NCBI GenBank assembly: GCA_964035545.1
Contig: OZ037771.1
Span: 3,917,628-3,981,627 of the forward strand
Reading direction: 5' to 3'
DNA from: Bugula neritina
Lineage: Eukaryota; Animalia; Bryozoa
Length of the DNA: 64,000 nucleotides
Shown: positions 1-12,164 of the stretch, in pieces
Layout: the number at the start of each line of letters is the position of its first letter
How positions within the stretch are numbered: position 1 is the first letter of the stretch
Made by a program: the position numbers and the translations under genes
Notes under the pieces: generated by a model
What the model was told of the DNA's origin: nothing
Database searches by the model: none
The model's input: the letters and a program-made list of their open reading frames with translations, nothing else

Positions 1-75
1 TGCTGAAAGCTGAAGCACTGTTCCCTTTGGAGATGACGTATTACTGTACCTAGAAAGGTCTCTCTCTTATTGTAG

Positions 76-3000
76 AGATGTCTGAAGCTCTTAGTGAGGA
101 ACACGACTTGTTATGGGCCCGACTGCTAAGTTCGGTGGAATCTGGACTACTCATGGGCTGTTCGTGTGGAAGAAGGTCCATAGCTGAGGAGGAATTCTCA
201 AGGGTGGGACTAGTCAGTAACCACGCCTACTCTATTCTGGACGTCAAGCTTGTACAAGGTGAAAGGTAGGTGTGAAATCATAGGGTTTCGGCTCGGTAAA
301 TGTAGAGTTTAGATCATCAGCTGCTATTGCTTTTAAGTAATGAGATTTGCTTTATATTTAATTAAATCATTTAACAAATTTAAAAGACGTGTGGATTTTA
401 TAATATTAATTGTATTATATGGCGCATAAAATATTTTGAAATTGGTTTTTCAACGCAATGTTGTAAGATGACGTTCGGTGTCCTCACTAAAGCTTTAAGT
501 TGTATTTATGTCACAATATTTCTCAGGGACAGTGCGTTTATCATAAAACCTTTCTAAATTTTGGAGAATGTAATTTGTTTCAAAAGCTTATTTAAGTCAT
601 AAAATAATGGAGAAATTTACATCATCGCTGCACAAAATATTAGTTTATTATATATATTATATATAAATGGTTTTCACAAGCATATAGGACAAAGTCGGTT
701 GACATTATCAAGATTCAGAGGTTAAGCCTGTCTGTGTAATACTTATTTGCTCTGTTAACTTTCTTTGATACGCTCTATAACTTCCTATGCCTCACCATCT
801 CTCACACGACGTGCACACAGGTTGATACGCCTGCGCAACACCTGGGGCAAGTTCTCCTGGACCGGTAACTGGTGTGAGTATTCAGAGTGCTGGAATCTTG
901 TACCTGAGAGTGAGAGGAACAAACTGATGACCAAAGGGGCAGCAGACGGTCTATTCTGGATGAGCTTCACTGATTGGCTGAAGTAAGTTTCCTGTTCAGT
1001 GATCGTAATCCAAACTGTTTAAAAGAAGCGTAAATGTATTAGTCTCTTAAACCTTCTAATTTATAATTTGTGATTCTTTCAGGTCAAAGTGTCTGGTCTT
1101 ATTTCTCTTTGAGAGTATTTTTTTGGTAAAAGGTATTTTAAATCAATAGTTGTATTTATAAAAGTGTGCTTACAGTTAATGACATACTAATATTATAGCT
1201 TAGAACCTGTAGACTAGTAACTAGGTTGATCCATGTGCTATGTGTGTATATCGGGTGACAGCTGTTACAAGACACAATCTCCATATTCTGCAGGTATTTC
1301 AATGCTGTTTACATCTGCTTTGTGCGAGAAGGATGGCATGAAACACGAGTGAGAGGAATATTTCCAAATGGTCACTCAGAGAAGCTGACCGTCTCACGTC
1401 TCGCTATCTTTGACCGATCTGAAGTGGATCTTAGTTTACACCAGCAGTCCAGCAGGTGACACATTCATTATGAGCATCATGTCCGCGTCATCATATTTAT
1501 GTTTATGTTTCCTCGCTTCAAATTGAAAATGGAAGTTGCCCCCTCTGACTGTAATGTGCCGTGTGTGGCGCCAGCAGGATATTCTACAAATCCATTTATG
1601 GTTTTTTGTGTAAATTTAACATCTGTTTATTTCTTTATTTAGCAATTTTTTATTATACTAGATGAATTTATCTGTTTCCTTTGAACACATTTCGTGATAT
1701 TTCTCACCTACTAGAACTTGTGACAATATTTCAGAGGGCACAAGACCCGGGATATCGTAGACCTCTTACTACTAGTGTTTGATGATCAGTGGAGGCTAGT
1801 CGCTCATAGCAACAGGAAGTTACGTAATCACGTGACGTGTTCCACAATACTGGAACCCGGCTACTATACCGTATACTGTTTGTCCTTCACTCAATGGCAA
1901 GTGAAAAGTAAGTCACCATTTCTAAGCGTAGTAAGTTTTCATTCAGGCTTCAATGGTCGAATACTGAAGTCAGTAAAAGGAAACTGCAAAGATTTCATTT
2001 AGAAATTCTGGCATCTTGAGTTGGCAGCTATATAATTGGCAGCTATGTAGTCACTTTGAAGTTTACTAAGTTGTAGAACATCAACAACATTTGACTGTAG
2101 TAATGGGTTTAGTGTTGAATTATATCTGATAATTATATTCGCAATCAGGGAATTCATTTTGTAATATAATATAGTAGAGTAGAAAAAATATTGTACTAGT
2201 TTAATTTTTTTTCTAATTATTCCTTAAAAGCATTGCATTTCCAACATATTAACAAACTATTTGCTCAAAATATTTTTTCGTTTTCTGCAAACTTATTTCC
2301 AAATTTTATTGTTCTTTTTCCAGTAAAAGTGAGTATTTTATCTTCTTTCCTACTAAATTGATTTTGGCTTCTGCTTGTCAATATTTACTTGCTAAAAATT
2401 AGCTTTCTGTAATCAATCCGATCATTAAGTCTGATTGCATCCAATCATATTGTGTTTCATAATCACAGAGCCAATAGAATACACTCTGGCATGTCACTCT
2501 CACCATGCCATCTACATGGAAGATATCGATCTGCCTGTTGAAAGTATAGCCATGGCCCTCATTCAGTTTGCCCTTAAGAAGGGGGTTCCTGCAATGGTAT
2601 GCTCTTGCATCTTACAGCTACTAACTGAAATGTTTCTTAAGCTATTTCTAAATGATGACATATTTATGCAGTTCTCACTGCAACATCTTAGCTTTCTCTA
2701 TACTATGATCGGTTTTTAATTTTTTTTCTGTTATTTGGAGTCTGGAAATTATAATTTAATGTTTAAACTTCTGTCTTTTTTACACCTCACTGTAGATGTG
2801 GATCAGTAATCTATATTTATTGAAGTTGTCATCTCCACCTTCTAATGCTATGTATTTTACTACTAAAATACTAATATAATGCTGAATGATTTAGAGTTGT
2901 CCTCTCCTATGCTAGTCCAGTATCATATACCTTACAGTGTGACTCCCTCGGCTCTATGTATACCTATACTCTGAACAAAGGCTGGTCAGGTCAGCTGACT

Positions 3001-3624
3001 CTCGCTGTCAACAACAACCCCGTAAACTTTCTGCACATCAAATCCGACCTCGCCCAGTCTGTGAATCTAGTCAGTACTAGGGGCGTCTCCACTATTGATG
3101 TTATCCCCCCTCGCCACAGGTAGGTTGGTCTAGCATAGTGTCACAAATACGACTGTTGTTTGTGTTATGAATTAGTATGTAATTACCTGGCTAAGGTTAA
3201 ATTCAAAACTCAATTTAGTGAGTGCAGTTTTTTTATTTATTTAAAAGGGTGAGTTTCGTTTAGTATTTATGTTGGCAAATTTAGTTTATTGTATCTTCAG
3301 TTGCTTTTGAACACAATCATGTTGATTAGACTATAACCACGTGTTTCTGCACTATTATTATGTCGGTAAGAGCAGAGGCAGTCCTGTGTCAGAGTGCCAC
3401 AGGATGTTATAATGATGAAGTGTCTGCTTGTGTCTTGTAGACAAATAATAAACATATCTACTCAACTGGAGATCACAGCTTCTTATTCACTGAGGTGTAA
3501 ACAGTCATTCCTCAGTAGCCATATACCACAGCCTGGTAGGTGGGGTGCTAGCTCCACCCATACTCCTAACATCACACCTCTTACTAAGTCTATACATAGC
3601 CCTATTCCTTCTCATTACTTCTAA
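76..3624 (+). CDS. CAPN15: Calpain-15 / small optic lobes (SOL, CalpD)-like protease, 3' part (5' exons outside window)
   Basis: Phase-consistent GT-AG exons 76-265, 821-982, 1294-1455, 1735-1907, 2469-2596, 2938-3119, 3441-3624. They encode LLWARLLSS...LMGCSCG, the catalytic His in HAYSILDV, the catalytic Asn in RLRNTWG, GLFWMSF, then a SOL-homology-type C-terminus (NLVSTRG...DVIPPRHRQII). AATAAA at 4169. Confidence 0.88.
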
Positions 3625-4178
3625 TAGTAATCGCTGGGGTGCTGAATCCACCCTTATTCTTCACATGGCATCTCCATGTATAGCCCTATTTTTCTTTCTA
3701 CTTTACAATGTATTTTTGTTAGTGCTATAAATTATCTACTCCTGCATAATTTTAATACGGTGTTTGATACTGTAATGTATTTTTCTGCTGATAGAAAACT
3801 ATCAAAGTTTTTGGCACATGGGTGCGTTAGACAAAACATAATAAATGGAAGTTACTTATAATGTGGTTACAAGCAATTTATATTTAGTTTTTTACATTAT
3901 AATATTTTTTTCTTTTGTTGTCAACTGAAGATCATGAATGTGATGATATTAAATAGTGATATTTTCAAAATTGAGTCTTTTGTTTAGTCTTCCATCAGCA
4001 AAATATAATATTTAAAATTCATTATATGTTATTCATTTTTAATGTTATATTAATGTATATTTTATATAAGCTCGAGAAACATGACAACAAAATTTATTTT
4101 CAGCTTTTATAGCTGGCATTTCAGAAGAGAATTGTCATTAGACGTCTATGCAAATGTCTATTTTGTTCAATAAAACTT

Positions 4179-4838
4179 TTATAAGCTCGTTGTGTCTTGC
4201 TTTTCGCCTTCGGTTATGTAAGTCATATTCACTTCTCCAATATTGCTTTTGTCTTCATTGAACAGCAAATCCTATAAACATATATTAATAATAATATTCC
4301 ACAGTAGCAAGGTTTCTATTAGCTCACTAATGAGTTTATTTGATGTTCATAATGTTCTGTGAAGACATCAAGTATGATTTTTTTGCTCTAGTTTGCCCTC
4401 AAACATTCTGAGAAGTCTTCATAATGGCGAATACTATGAACCAATATTATTTTGCATCTTTATATTATTGTACTTTATGTAAAGCAACTTCAATGTAATG
4501 TTTGTAATTTATAAAATATTCACTGATAAATGTAAAACCACAAGTAAGTGGTAGTTTAAGTGCAACTTGGACTAAGCAGCTCTGTTATTGCTATAATATT
4601 AAACTCTTTCAAATACAAACGGTCACTATATAGTTATGACAAGACAATGCATGAGAAAAAATTTTAGGTGTTGTAATGTGCTTACCGCTGGTGTCTCTGG
4701 TATAGGAATTCTATACATTATGACTGTATTTATTAAGAAGACAAGAATCATCACTGATGGGTAAACTATGTTGACCCACATTGGCCAATAAGAACTGTCA
4801 CCAGAATGCAATATCTCCGTAGTCGTAGAGTTATCCAT
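4179..4838 (-). CDS. Small single-pass membrane protein (81 aa) with C-terminal PDZ-binding-type motif
   Basis: Exon 4845-4686 (acceptor tttccag, ATG 4838, donor GTAAGC) joins in phase 0 to exon 4271-4179 (acceptor tttatag): MDNSTTTEILHSGDSSYWPMWVNIVYPSVMILVFLINTVIMYRIPIPETPA/DLLFNEDKSNIGEVNMTYITEGEKQDTTSL*. Candidate 5'UTR exon donor AAG|GTGAGT at 5235. Minus-strand AATAAA at 4098-4093. Confidence 0.6.
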
Positions 4839-5012
4839 CCTTTGTCTGGAAATATCAAGAATATGCAGTACATGTATATCGTTCTCTATTGTAATACATA
4901 TAAGCACAAACAGTAAATAAAAAATATACAGCCAGTAAAAATAAAATGTCCAATTGTATAGATGTTGGAGAAAATTCATACTACAATGTGGAGTGTTATA
5001 GTTATTAGACTT

Positions 5013-5025
5013 GCACACGCACACG

Positions 5026-5057
<32 letters not shown>

Positions 5058-5079
5058 CACACACGCACATACACACACA
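5013..5079. repeat. (CA)n microsatellite
   Basis: Imperfect CA dinucleotide run, seen directly. Confidence 0.95.
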
Positions 5080-6097
5080 TTCTATATATCATGTACATGA
5101 GAAGCTAGAACGTTGATCATCAGTTGAACATAGTTACCATGCATTTACAACTCTTCTGTGATAGGCAGTAAGTCTAGTCATAAACTCATACATAAACCGG
5201 CATCTACTTCTATTCTCACATATTTGCTTACTCACCTTTATAGTTGTCCGAAGTAGTCAGTATGTGTATATACAGTGTATATTTATTCACTATGATGTGC
5301 TTGCCAACTACAGCACATACTGTCAACTGCAGGAAAACTATATCATGATTATACAGAGGTGAACAGGCCGTATCTTAAAAGTAAATAGAAAGATAAGATA
5401 ATTGGTGTATTTTGCTGTAATAGAATAATTATCACTATTACCAACTGCTGATAAATTGAGGTGCTGATCATAAACTGTTTTTTTTTGTGACATCAGACAT
5501 TGTCAGATTGTGATGGCGTATTTGACACTAATTAAAGCTGTTTATAATTAAAACTAAACTTTCATTTCAGAACTATAGAATAGGTGAAAACCATGTATAG
5601 CATCTGTTAAATAAGTATGAATATTGTAGCTGAGGCAGCTTTCCTTTGAGTTGACCACAAGCTGGTCTAGATATCGTTCTAGCATAAGCATTGAGGTGGT
5701 ATGGATGTATGCAAATTTTACAGAAAATATGGTTTTAGATTTACAGGACATGTTTTTATTTACACTTGTTGAAATAATTTTCTCTCAGTTTATTACCTAC
5801 AGTACGATTCATTCCTGTATAAAATTGTGAACATGTTTGAAAACTCACACTTTATATAAAAAAAACTGCTTAAATAATTAAGTATGTATATCGGCAATTT
5901 AAAATATGCTGCTCGTTACATAACGTGTGATACAGTTAAATGCTAGATAACTATAAAGGCATCAAGTAATTGGAAATGGTAAATCAACAGGCTTTTAGAG
6001 GAATAAGTGTATTATATACAAACTCTGTAAGAAAGTCGACCTTCAAGCTTTGGAAACTGATCTTTGCAGTTACTTAACAAACATACCAAACTATATT

Positions 6098-6141
6098 GTG
6101 TGTGTGTGTGTGCGTGCGTGAGTGTGTGTGCGTGTGTGTGT
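6098..6141. repeat. (GT)n microsatellite
   Basis: Imperfect GT dinucleotide run, seen directly. Confidence 0.9.
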
Positions 6142-7279
6142 AATATTGTTAGAATTGCACTCAATTGTGTGGGTGTGATATTCAAATGAGAAATTCATTG
6201 ACTAAGTTAAAAAAAGTATCTAATATGCATATATAGTAATGGTCTACTGTACATATATGATCAAGCAATAGAAGCTGTATGTATATTTTCTTAGTGTTTT
6301 AATCTCTTTTCATAGTAAAATGAGCAGCGTGATCATTTAGTTAATCATATCAAGCAATAACAAAAAGGGGAATTTATTTTCAATAGATATATTTTTGCAA
6401 TATTTTTGTAATAACAGAAAATTTAGCATTTAACTTTAAGCGCATTATGATAATATATTATTTGATCAAAGAACTACTACAGTAAGACAGGAAGAAAGTA
6501 TGATTTAAATATTATAATAGTAAATATGAAACAATAAAGTCATGTGACATGCAACATATGGTCGACACATTTGGACAATAATCATACAGCATGTTGAAAT
6601 GTTTTAGAAATGCCAGTAACTGAAGTGTTGGCCTTCTAAGAATTGGTTTCATATATGCAAACGTGTCCACCCTTTAGATTTCTTTGCCAGGAGTACAGAA
6701 GCAAATGCTTAAGAGTAGGAATGGAAAGCGGAAAATGCGAAGCACACACTAGAGTATGTATGACTGCTTTTCTCATCTTCGGCATTTGGAGTCACTTTAT
6801 TTATAAATTTAACTCTTTGCAATGAGTATTCCTACAAAACAATGCAATGAAACATCATAATATACAAGGACATATTGTAGCTAGCAACACGTATGCTATG
6901 TTCATTATAACTTTTGTCAATCCAGCGTTTGATATACTGGTGTAATCTATTACCTATACTTTTGACATCTAATAGATATGTGCTTACATATAAACACAAT
7001 ATTGTAATACAGACTATTCTAAGGTATTGCAGTGTTATCTAAATGCATGCAGATATTGAAAGTTTTTCACAGTTAGCCCACCATAGCAAAATTAGTAGTG
7101 AATTAACTTTAGCAAGATGTTTAGTAACTTTGATGCTAATTTTTAACGAAAATAATTATTTTTTACAGTAACTTTCACTCTATGATAGTTCTCTTTTAGC
7201 TTACAATTGCGCCAACTAGAATATACAACATAATTTTATGTTTAAAACCAACTTACGTGTGTCCAATATGTGACTAGAT

Positions 7280-10200
7280 TTAGAGCCTATCTGTAGAACT
7301 AGCAGCGCCAACCTCTTTCTGATTGCCAGCTAGACATAAGTCTGAAGTCTCCAATATCTTGGAATCATTTGAATTAGTGTTGTTAGGAGTCTTTTCATTG
7401 GCTGCTGGTTGAGTAACTGATTCATCTCTTTCAGTAGAGTTTGGCAAGGTTTCCTTTTGAGAGTCGGCAGAGTTTTCAGTCTGAGCACATGGTAGTTCAT
7501 TAAGTTCTTCCTTCGCTAACTGGTTCTTGGATCGAGTTTTTCTGCAAACTAGTCTTCTACTGCCCATCAATTTTTCAAAGAAGCTGACTCTGCTTTCGAT
7601 AGTGGAGAAGAATGGATCTTTTTGCTTAGGATTGTTGACTGGCTTCTTGAACTGACTTGAATTCTGATCTATGGAGCTTGATGAACCCTCTGATGAAGAA
7701 CCTGAGTCTGATAAACTGGTTCCTGATCGCTTAGCTGCATCATCAACATTATTAATACTTTGGCAAAATGCCAGTGCCTTGGACACGTTTTTAGACAAAT
7801 CAGGCTTCTGAAAAGACACTGAGGGCATGTCTCCAGAACCTGTAGGCCAGTTGTATGCAGTATGCGTATCTGGTTTCTGGAATTCAGCAATAATTGGTCG
7901 GTAGGGCTTTGAGCCTATAGCAAGGTGTGTTTTGTTTGGTTGCTCTTTGTTGAGTGGTGAAAATTCTATTTTATCTGTTTTGTCAAGTTTGTCTTCAGGT
8001 AGTTTTTCCACATCCTTTTCCATTTCTTTTTTGATAGACTGCTTTTTGTTTGCTGGTTTACTAGAATCTTTTTGGTGGGATTTACTTTTGGAGCTTGCTG
8101 TATTAGCAAACGTTTTGTTACATGAAGAAGATGATTTAGAGGTAGAGGCTTTCCTTTGAAGAGCCTTGATAGATTTTGATTTCAGTTCAGCTGGGATGTT
8201 AGCACAAGCACTAGTAAAGTGGGTCCATATTTTCTCTAATGGTAGTAGCTCTGCTATAGGCTTATGGTTGATCTCAGCTTTTTTTGTAACTGTCGCTTTC
8301 ACTTTGCTGTGAAAGTCAATTTGCTTACTTTTGGACCTTGGTGTCGACTCACAAAGTGTTGCATTTGATAAGGGAAGGCTAAATAAATTTGCAGGTTTAG
8401 TGTTTGGAATTCTTTTTCTGGTGACAGGCATTTGGTTGGATGATTTGCAAGCTACTATGTTAGATTCTAGTTTTCTCTCTAAACCGGGTATTCTCATTCT
8501 CAAATTTGCAGGTTTAGCGTTTGGAATTCTTTTCCTGGTGAAAGGCATTTTGTTGGATGATTTGCAAGCTACTATGTTAGATCCTGGTTTTCTTTCTAAA
8601 CCGGGTATTCTCATTCTGTTAAATTCAATCATAGGTTTTGAAACTTCAGTCGTCATAGAGGATGTGTAGGTTAAAGAAGCTTTCTTTCTGAAGTTGTAGT
8701 TTCCTCTATTAGACATGCCAGCAGCTGGAAGAATCCTAATTGTGTTACCTTCAAGAATTGACTGCAAAGCTCCAACTGTTACAGAGTTTATCAGCATAGT
8801 TGAGTCAGGGAGCATATCAAACTTGGTTATGACTAAAGCTTGTGACAGATTTTGTATAACCCATTGAATTGTTTGTGTCGCTCTAATCTTGGAGAGATGT
8901 TGCACCTTTGTAATGGCATTCAAGTTTCTACTTCCTTCACATGGAAAGAAAGATACTAGTGTTTTGCTGTTGCTAAAACTTCCTCCTACACCCATCATAT
9001 TTACCAAATCCAGGTTTTCTAGCATGACATTGAATCCATAACAGTCCAGATTATTTCTAGTAGCGTTTTTTAAAAAAGCTTTTGGAAGTTTACTTGAACT
9101 AAAATTCAAGGCCAGGGTTGAAACATTAATGAATTTTCTTTCAACAAATGTTAGTGCAGGCAAGTTTCCTGACGCCCAGCCCGTGTAGGGTTTTAGAACC
9201 ATTTGAAAGACCGGCATCCTCTCTATATCTAAAATTTTATTTTAATAGTAACAACTTGCTGTAGAACTATTTTGATCTAAAACTATAATTTGCATGAACA
9301 TTCTATTTTAATATGCAAGTATTTATTATTAATACATATTTTGTGTTAAAATATACTGTAAAAAGTAGTATTTTCTTATTTATAAAATGCAACAGAGTTG
9401 GTTTATAAGTTCATAACACAACCTTCAAAAAAACTTATGTCTCTCTTCTCTCATCAGCAGCATAGCATTTCACTAAGATTTTGTTGTTTTAAAAGGGAAT
9501 TGATATAACGAAACTTATTTCGAAATCTAACATTTTCTTATACATATCATGTACAGCTATACTAGAATACCTATCCCAACATCCAGCATGTATATTTAGA
9601 TATTCAAATGAGCAATCTCAAATTATTAATGCCTTTAAACAAACTTTTAAAAGATTTTAGTGAACCTGGATTTAGTTTTGTCCAACTTTTAAGTATGTTA
9701 GAATATGTTTTACTTTTGCATTTACTTAGAGTTAATGCAAAGATCTTAAAACATACATTGCTCTTATAAAACCTTTGAGAATGCCATTTTTGAAAATTTT
9801 TCTCATATGTCTATTAGCATAAGAATAAGTAAAAATAATAATTGCTGTCACAAAAAGCTTCTGCTGCTGTTTTGTGGTATAAAAAATTAATTGAATGTGT
9901 CTATAGACTTACTCATAAATAGTTCTGTTGCATCTTGTGTTTTTGGGCTGGGCCTATAGAATCTTTTAACCTGATAATTCCTCCATATTTTTCTGCTGCC
10001 GAACCATCTCTTGCGATGTCGGAGTTTGACTGATACCAGGATACTAGCTAACAGGGCCAGGAGCATTAGAGCCTTTGCTACTGGAGGCAATCTAGAGTGA
10101 CACAAAAACTACATTAGCACAAACTGTAAGCAATATACATATATGCATTTATATGCCAATTCTTATAGATGCAAATTGTGCACATCATTTCTTATAAAAA

Positions 10201-11608
10201 ATATCACAGCATTCAGGTAATTTTATAAGCTCTATAAGAAAAAGGGGCAATATTTTTTAGAAATGTATTTGAAGCTATGGTGAGTATATTGCAATGAAAT
10301 ACACAGCATAAAATATATTTAAAGATCTTACCCAAAGCAATACTGGATTTCTAGAGCAAGTTGAGTGTGCCAAGGCACGCTTTTGGGAGGCTCTACCTTG
10401 ATGAGCAGTGAGAGGAATGCATTCCAATAAACTGCAAAAATAAAAAGGGTGGATAAAGCTTTAAGTTTGCAAAATGGGAAACAATGTATAAGCAAACTCA
10501 AAATTTATGCTCAGTATTAGATAATAAATTGAAGTAATTTCATATAAGTTACCTAAGATTTGGCAAGGTTTTCAAATCCATGAATTAGAAATAAATTTAT
10601 TCAATACATAGTTGTTCAATTTTCATTCTGTAATACCCATAGTAGCTGCAGTTTCTAAACTGCTTTTGTAAAATATTATTTGTATCTATCAAAAAGCATT
10701 TGCTTCCGTCTGAAGAATATAATGATTCCATGAGAACCATGCAGTGCTTAGATTCAATTTGTCGCTATGTTCCATATCCTATGGTAATTATGGGTTATTT
10801 AAACTACAGTTAGTTGATAATAAATTACTCACCTTCCAATGTAGAGAGCTCTCTAGGAGGATCCATGTCATAGCTACAAAGGAATTAAAAATATCATCAA
10901 AAAGTTTTAAATTTTAATAAACTTATGCACAACATAACAAAAATTGACATTATGGAAACTTAATTTATGAAACAACTGCCAGTGATGGTTAAAAAGGCAA
11001 AAATTAGGTAAAAAACTATAAATAAACAGTGTATTGAAAGTGCATCAGTGTACAAAGTTACTTATTAAATCATAAATTAATTTATACTCTTACAAGAAGC
11101 TGAGAGCCTTCTCCCATCCTGACTTTTCTCTCTCTTGATAAAAGCATTTACCTAAATCAATAAATTAATTTACAGTTCTTAGACATTCACTAAGTGCTTA
11201 CTAACTAATAAATCTGAAGCAGAAATATTCTCAAAAGCTCAAATTGCTCCCTATACAGTCAATTATAATTTTTTTCGTCACCGAAATAAAAACGTTTTTT
11301 ATGATCATCTAAAAAAACACTTCTTCTTTTAAAAAAAAATGTTTCAATTATTATATGATGTGTGTAGATGTTTGTTTGATGGATTACACAATATATGCAT
11401 TTTATGTAATCACTCTGCTGCATCATTTAAAAATATCAAAGGAAACAAATGTTTATGGTAACTGCTTCATCATTTAGTAATACAAAAATATTTAAAATAA
11501 AGCAAACATTTATAGTATTATAAATAAAATAGAAATTTTACCAAGTTCTTTGAGTGAGACCATCTGTGTAAAAATACACCAGAATCTAGCCAAAGCTAGA
11601 GCTTCCAT
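7280..11608 (-). CDS. Uncharacterised ~797-aa protein with one predicted TM helix and a long K/S-rich low-complexity tail
   Basis: Six exons with fully consistent phases and no internal stops: 11608-11542, 11151-11094, 10873-10833, 10431-10332, 10091-9913, 9228-7280. TM segment AKALMLLALLASILVSV is followed by KLRHRKRW. A 3'UTR intron runs from donor 7256 to acceptor 6832, followed by AATAAA at 6801-6796. Confidence 0.75.
8385..8617 (-). repeat. In-frame 117-bp (39-aa) tandem duplication within the orphan CDS
   Basis: RMRIPGLERKPGSNIVACKSSNKMPFTRKRIPNAKPANL / RMRIPGLERKLESNIVACKSSNQMPVTRKRIPNTKPANL. The motif aaatttgcaggtttag occurs at 8385 and 8502. Confidence 0.92.
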
Positions 11609-11739
11609 GGCTCAGATAATTAAGCAATATATATTATATAAAGTTTTATTCGCATAAAATAATCATCGACAAGAAGTACAATCAATTATTTTACAATTTG
11701 TGAAACCATTTTTGTTAAACAAGATGGCTGCTAACAATC

Positions 11740-11754
11740 GTTGCTATGGGAAAC
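11740..11754. promoter_or_regulatory. RFX X-box-like element upstream of the orphan gene
   Basis: GTTGCTATGGGAAAC about 130 bp upstream of the ATG at 11608, resembling the X-box consensus GTTGCCATGGCAAC. A YY1-like AAGATGGC lies adjacent at ~11721. Confidence 0.4.
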
Positions 11755-12123
11755 CAGTAAACAATCATATGATGTCTTGATGTTTTTAATAAACAGCTGA
11801 TTGATGTTAGTAAATTACTAGTTTATCTATAGATATATACTGATTGATTGTACTTGGTGTTATTATTATATGATTATATGATGCATTTTATTTTAAACTG
11901 AATAAACTAAACTGTAGCTTGAAATTAAAATAAAAAACGTTGCACTTTCCCTTTCAAGTAAATTATTTGAAACATTTTGCACTTTTAATCTACAAAAAAT
12001 ATTTGGCAAGTTTACTCAACTTTTTTAACAAAAAGAGTTTGTGAATGTAGGATTATTATTATGTATTGGAACAATAAGTTTAAATGATTAAACTTGGTTT
12101 TGTAGCGTTGAGTTAACCCAGCA

Positions 12124-12164
12124 GCCCCTGTGGTGTCATTGGTTAGCGCGCCTGCTTGTAAGCA
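12124..12164 (+). mobile_element. Truncated tRNA-derived (Thr-UGU-like) SINE head or tRNA pseudogene fragment
   Basis: GCCCCTG TGGTGTCATTGGTTAGCGCG CCTGCTTGTAAGCA: A-box/D-arm and an anticodon-arm-like TTGTAA. No T-arm or B-box follows. Confidence 0.55.

Noticed and set aside
4328-4433. Extra internal exon of the microprotein gene
   Set aside because: It has AG/GT ends but stops in all three frames; at most an alternative YSPL* ending.
4626-5078. 150-aa ORF as listed
   Set aside because: It begins in a (TG)n microsatellite and reads through intron sequence; only 4838-4686 looks exonic.
7669-8669. Overlapping and antisense ORFs within the orphan exon (likewise 20595-21014, 45933-46178, 52220-52486)
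   Set aside because: Shadow ORFs of real coding sequence.
12124-12164. Functional tRNA-Thr gene
   Set aside because: Only the 5' half is present; there is no T-arm, B-box or 3' acceptor strand.
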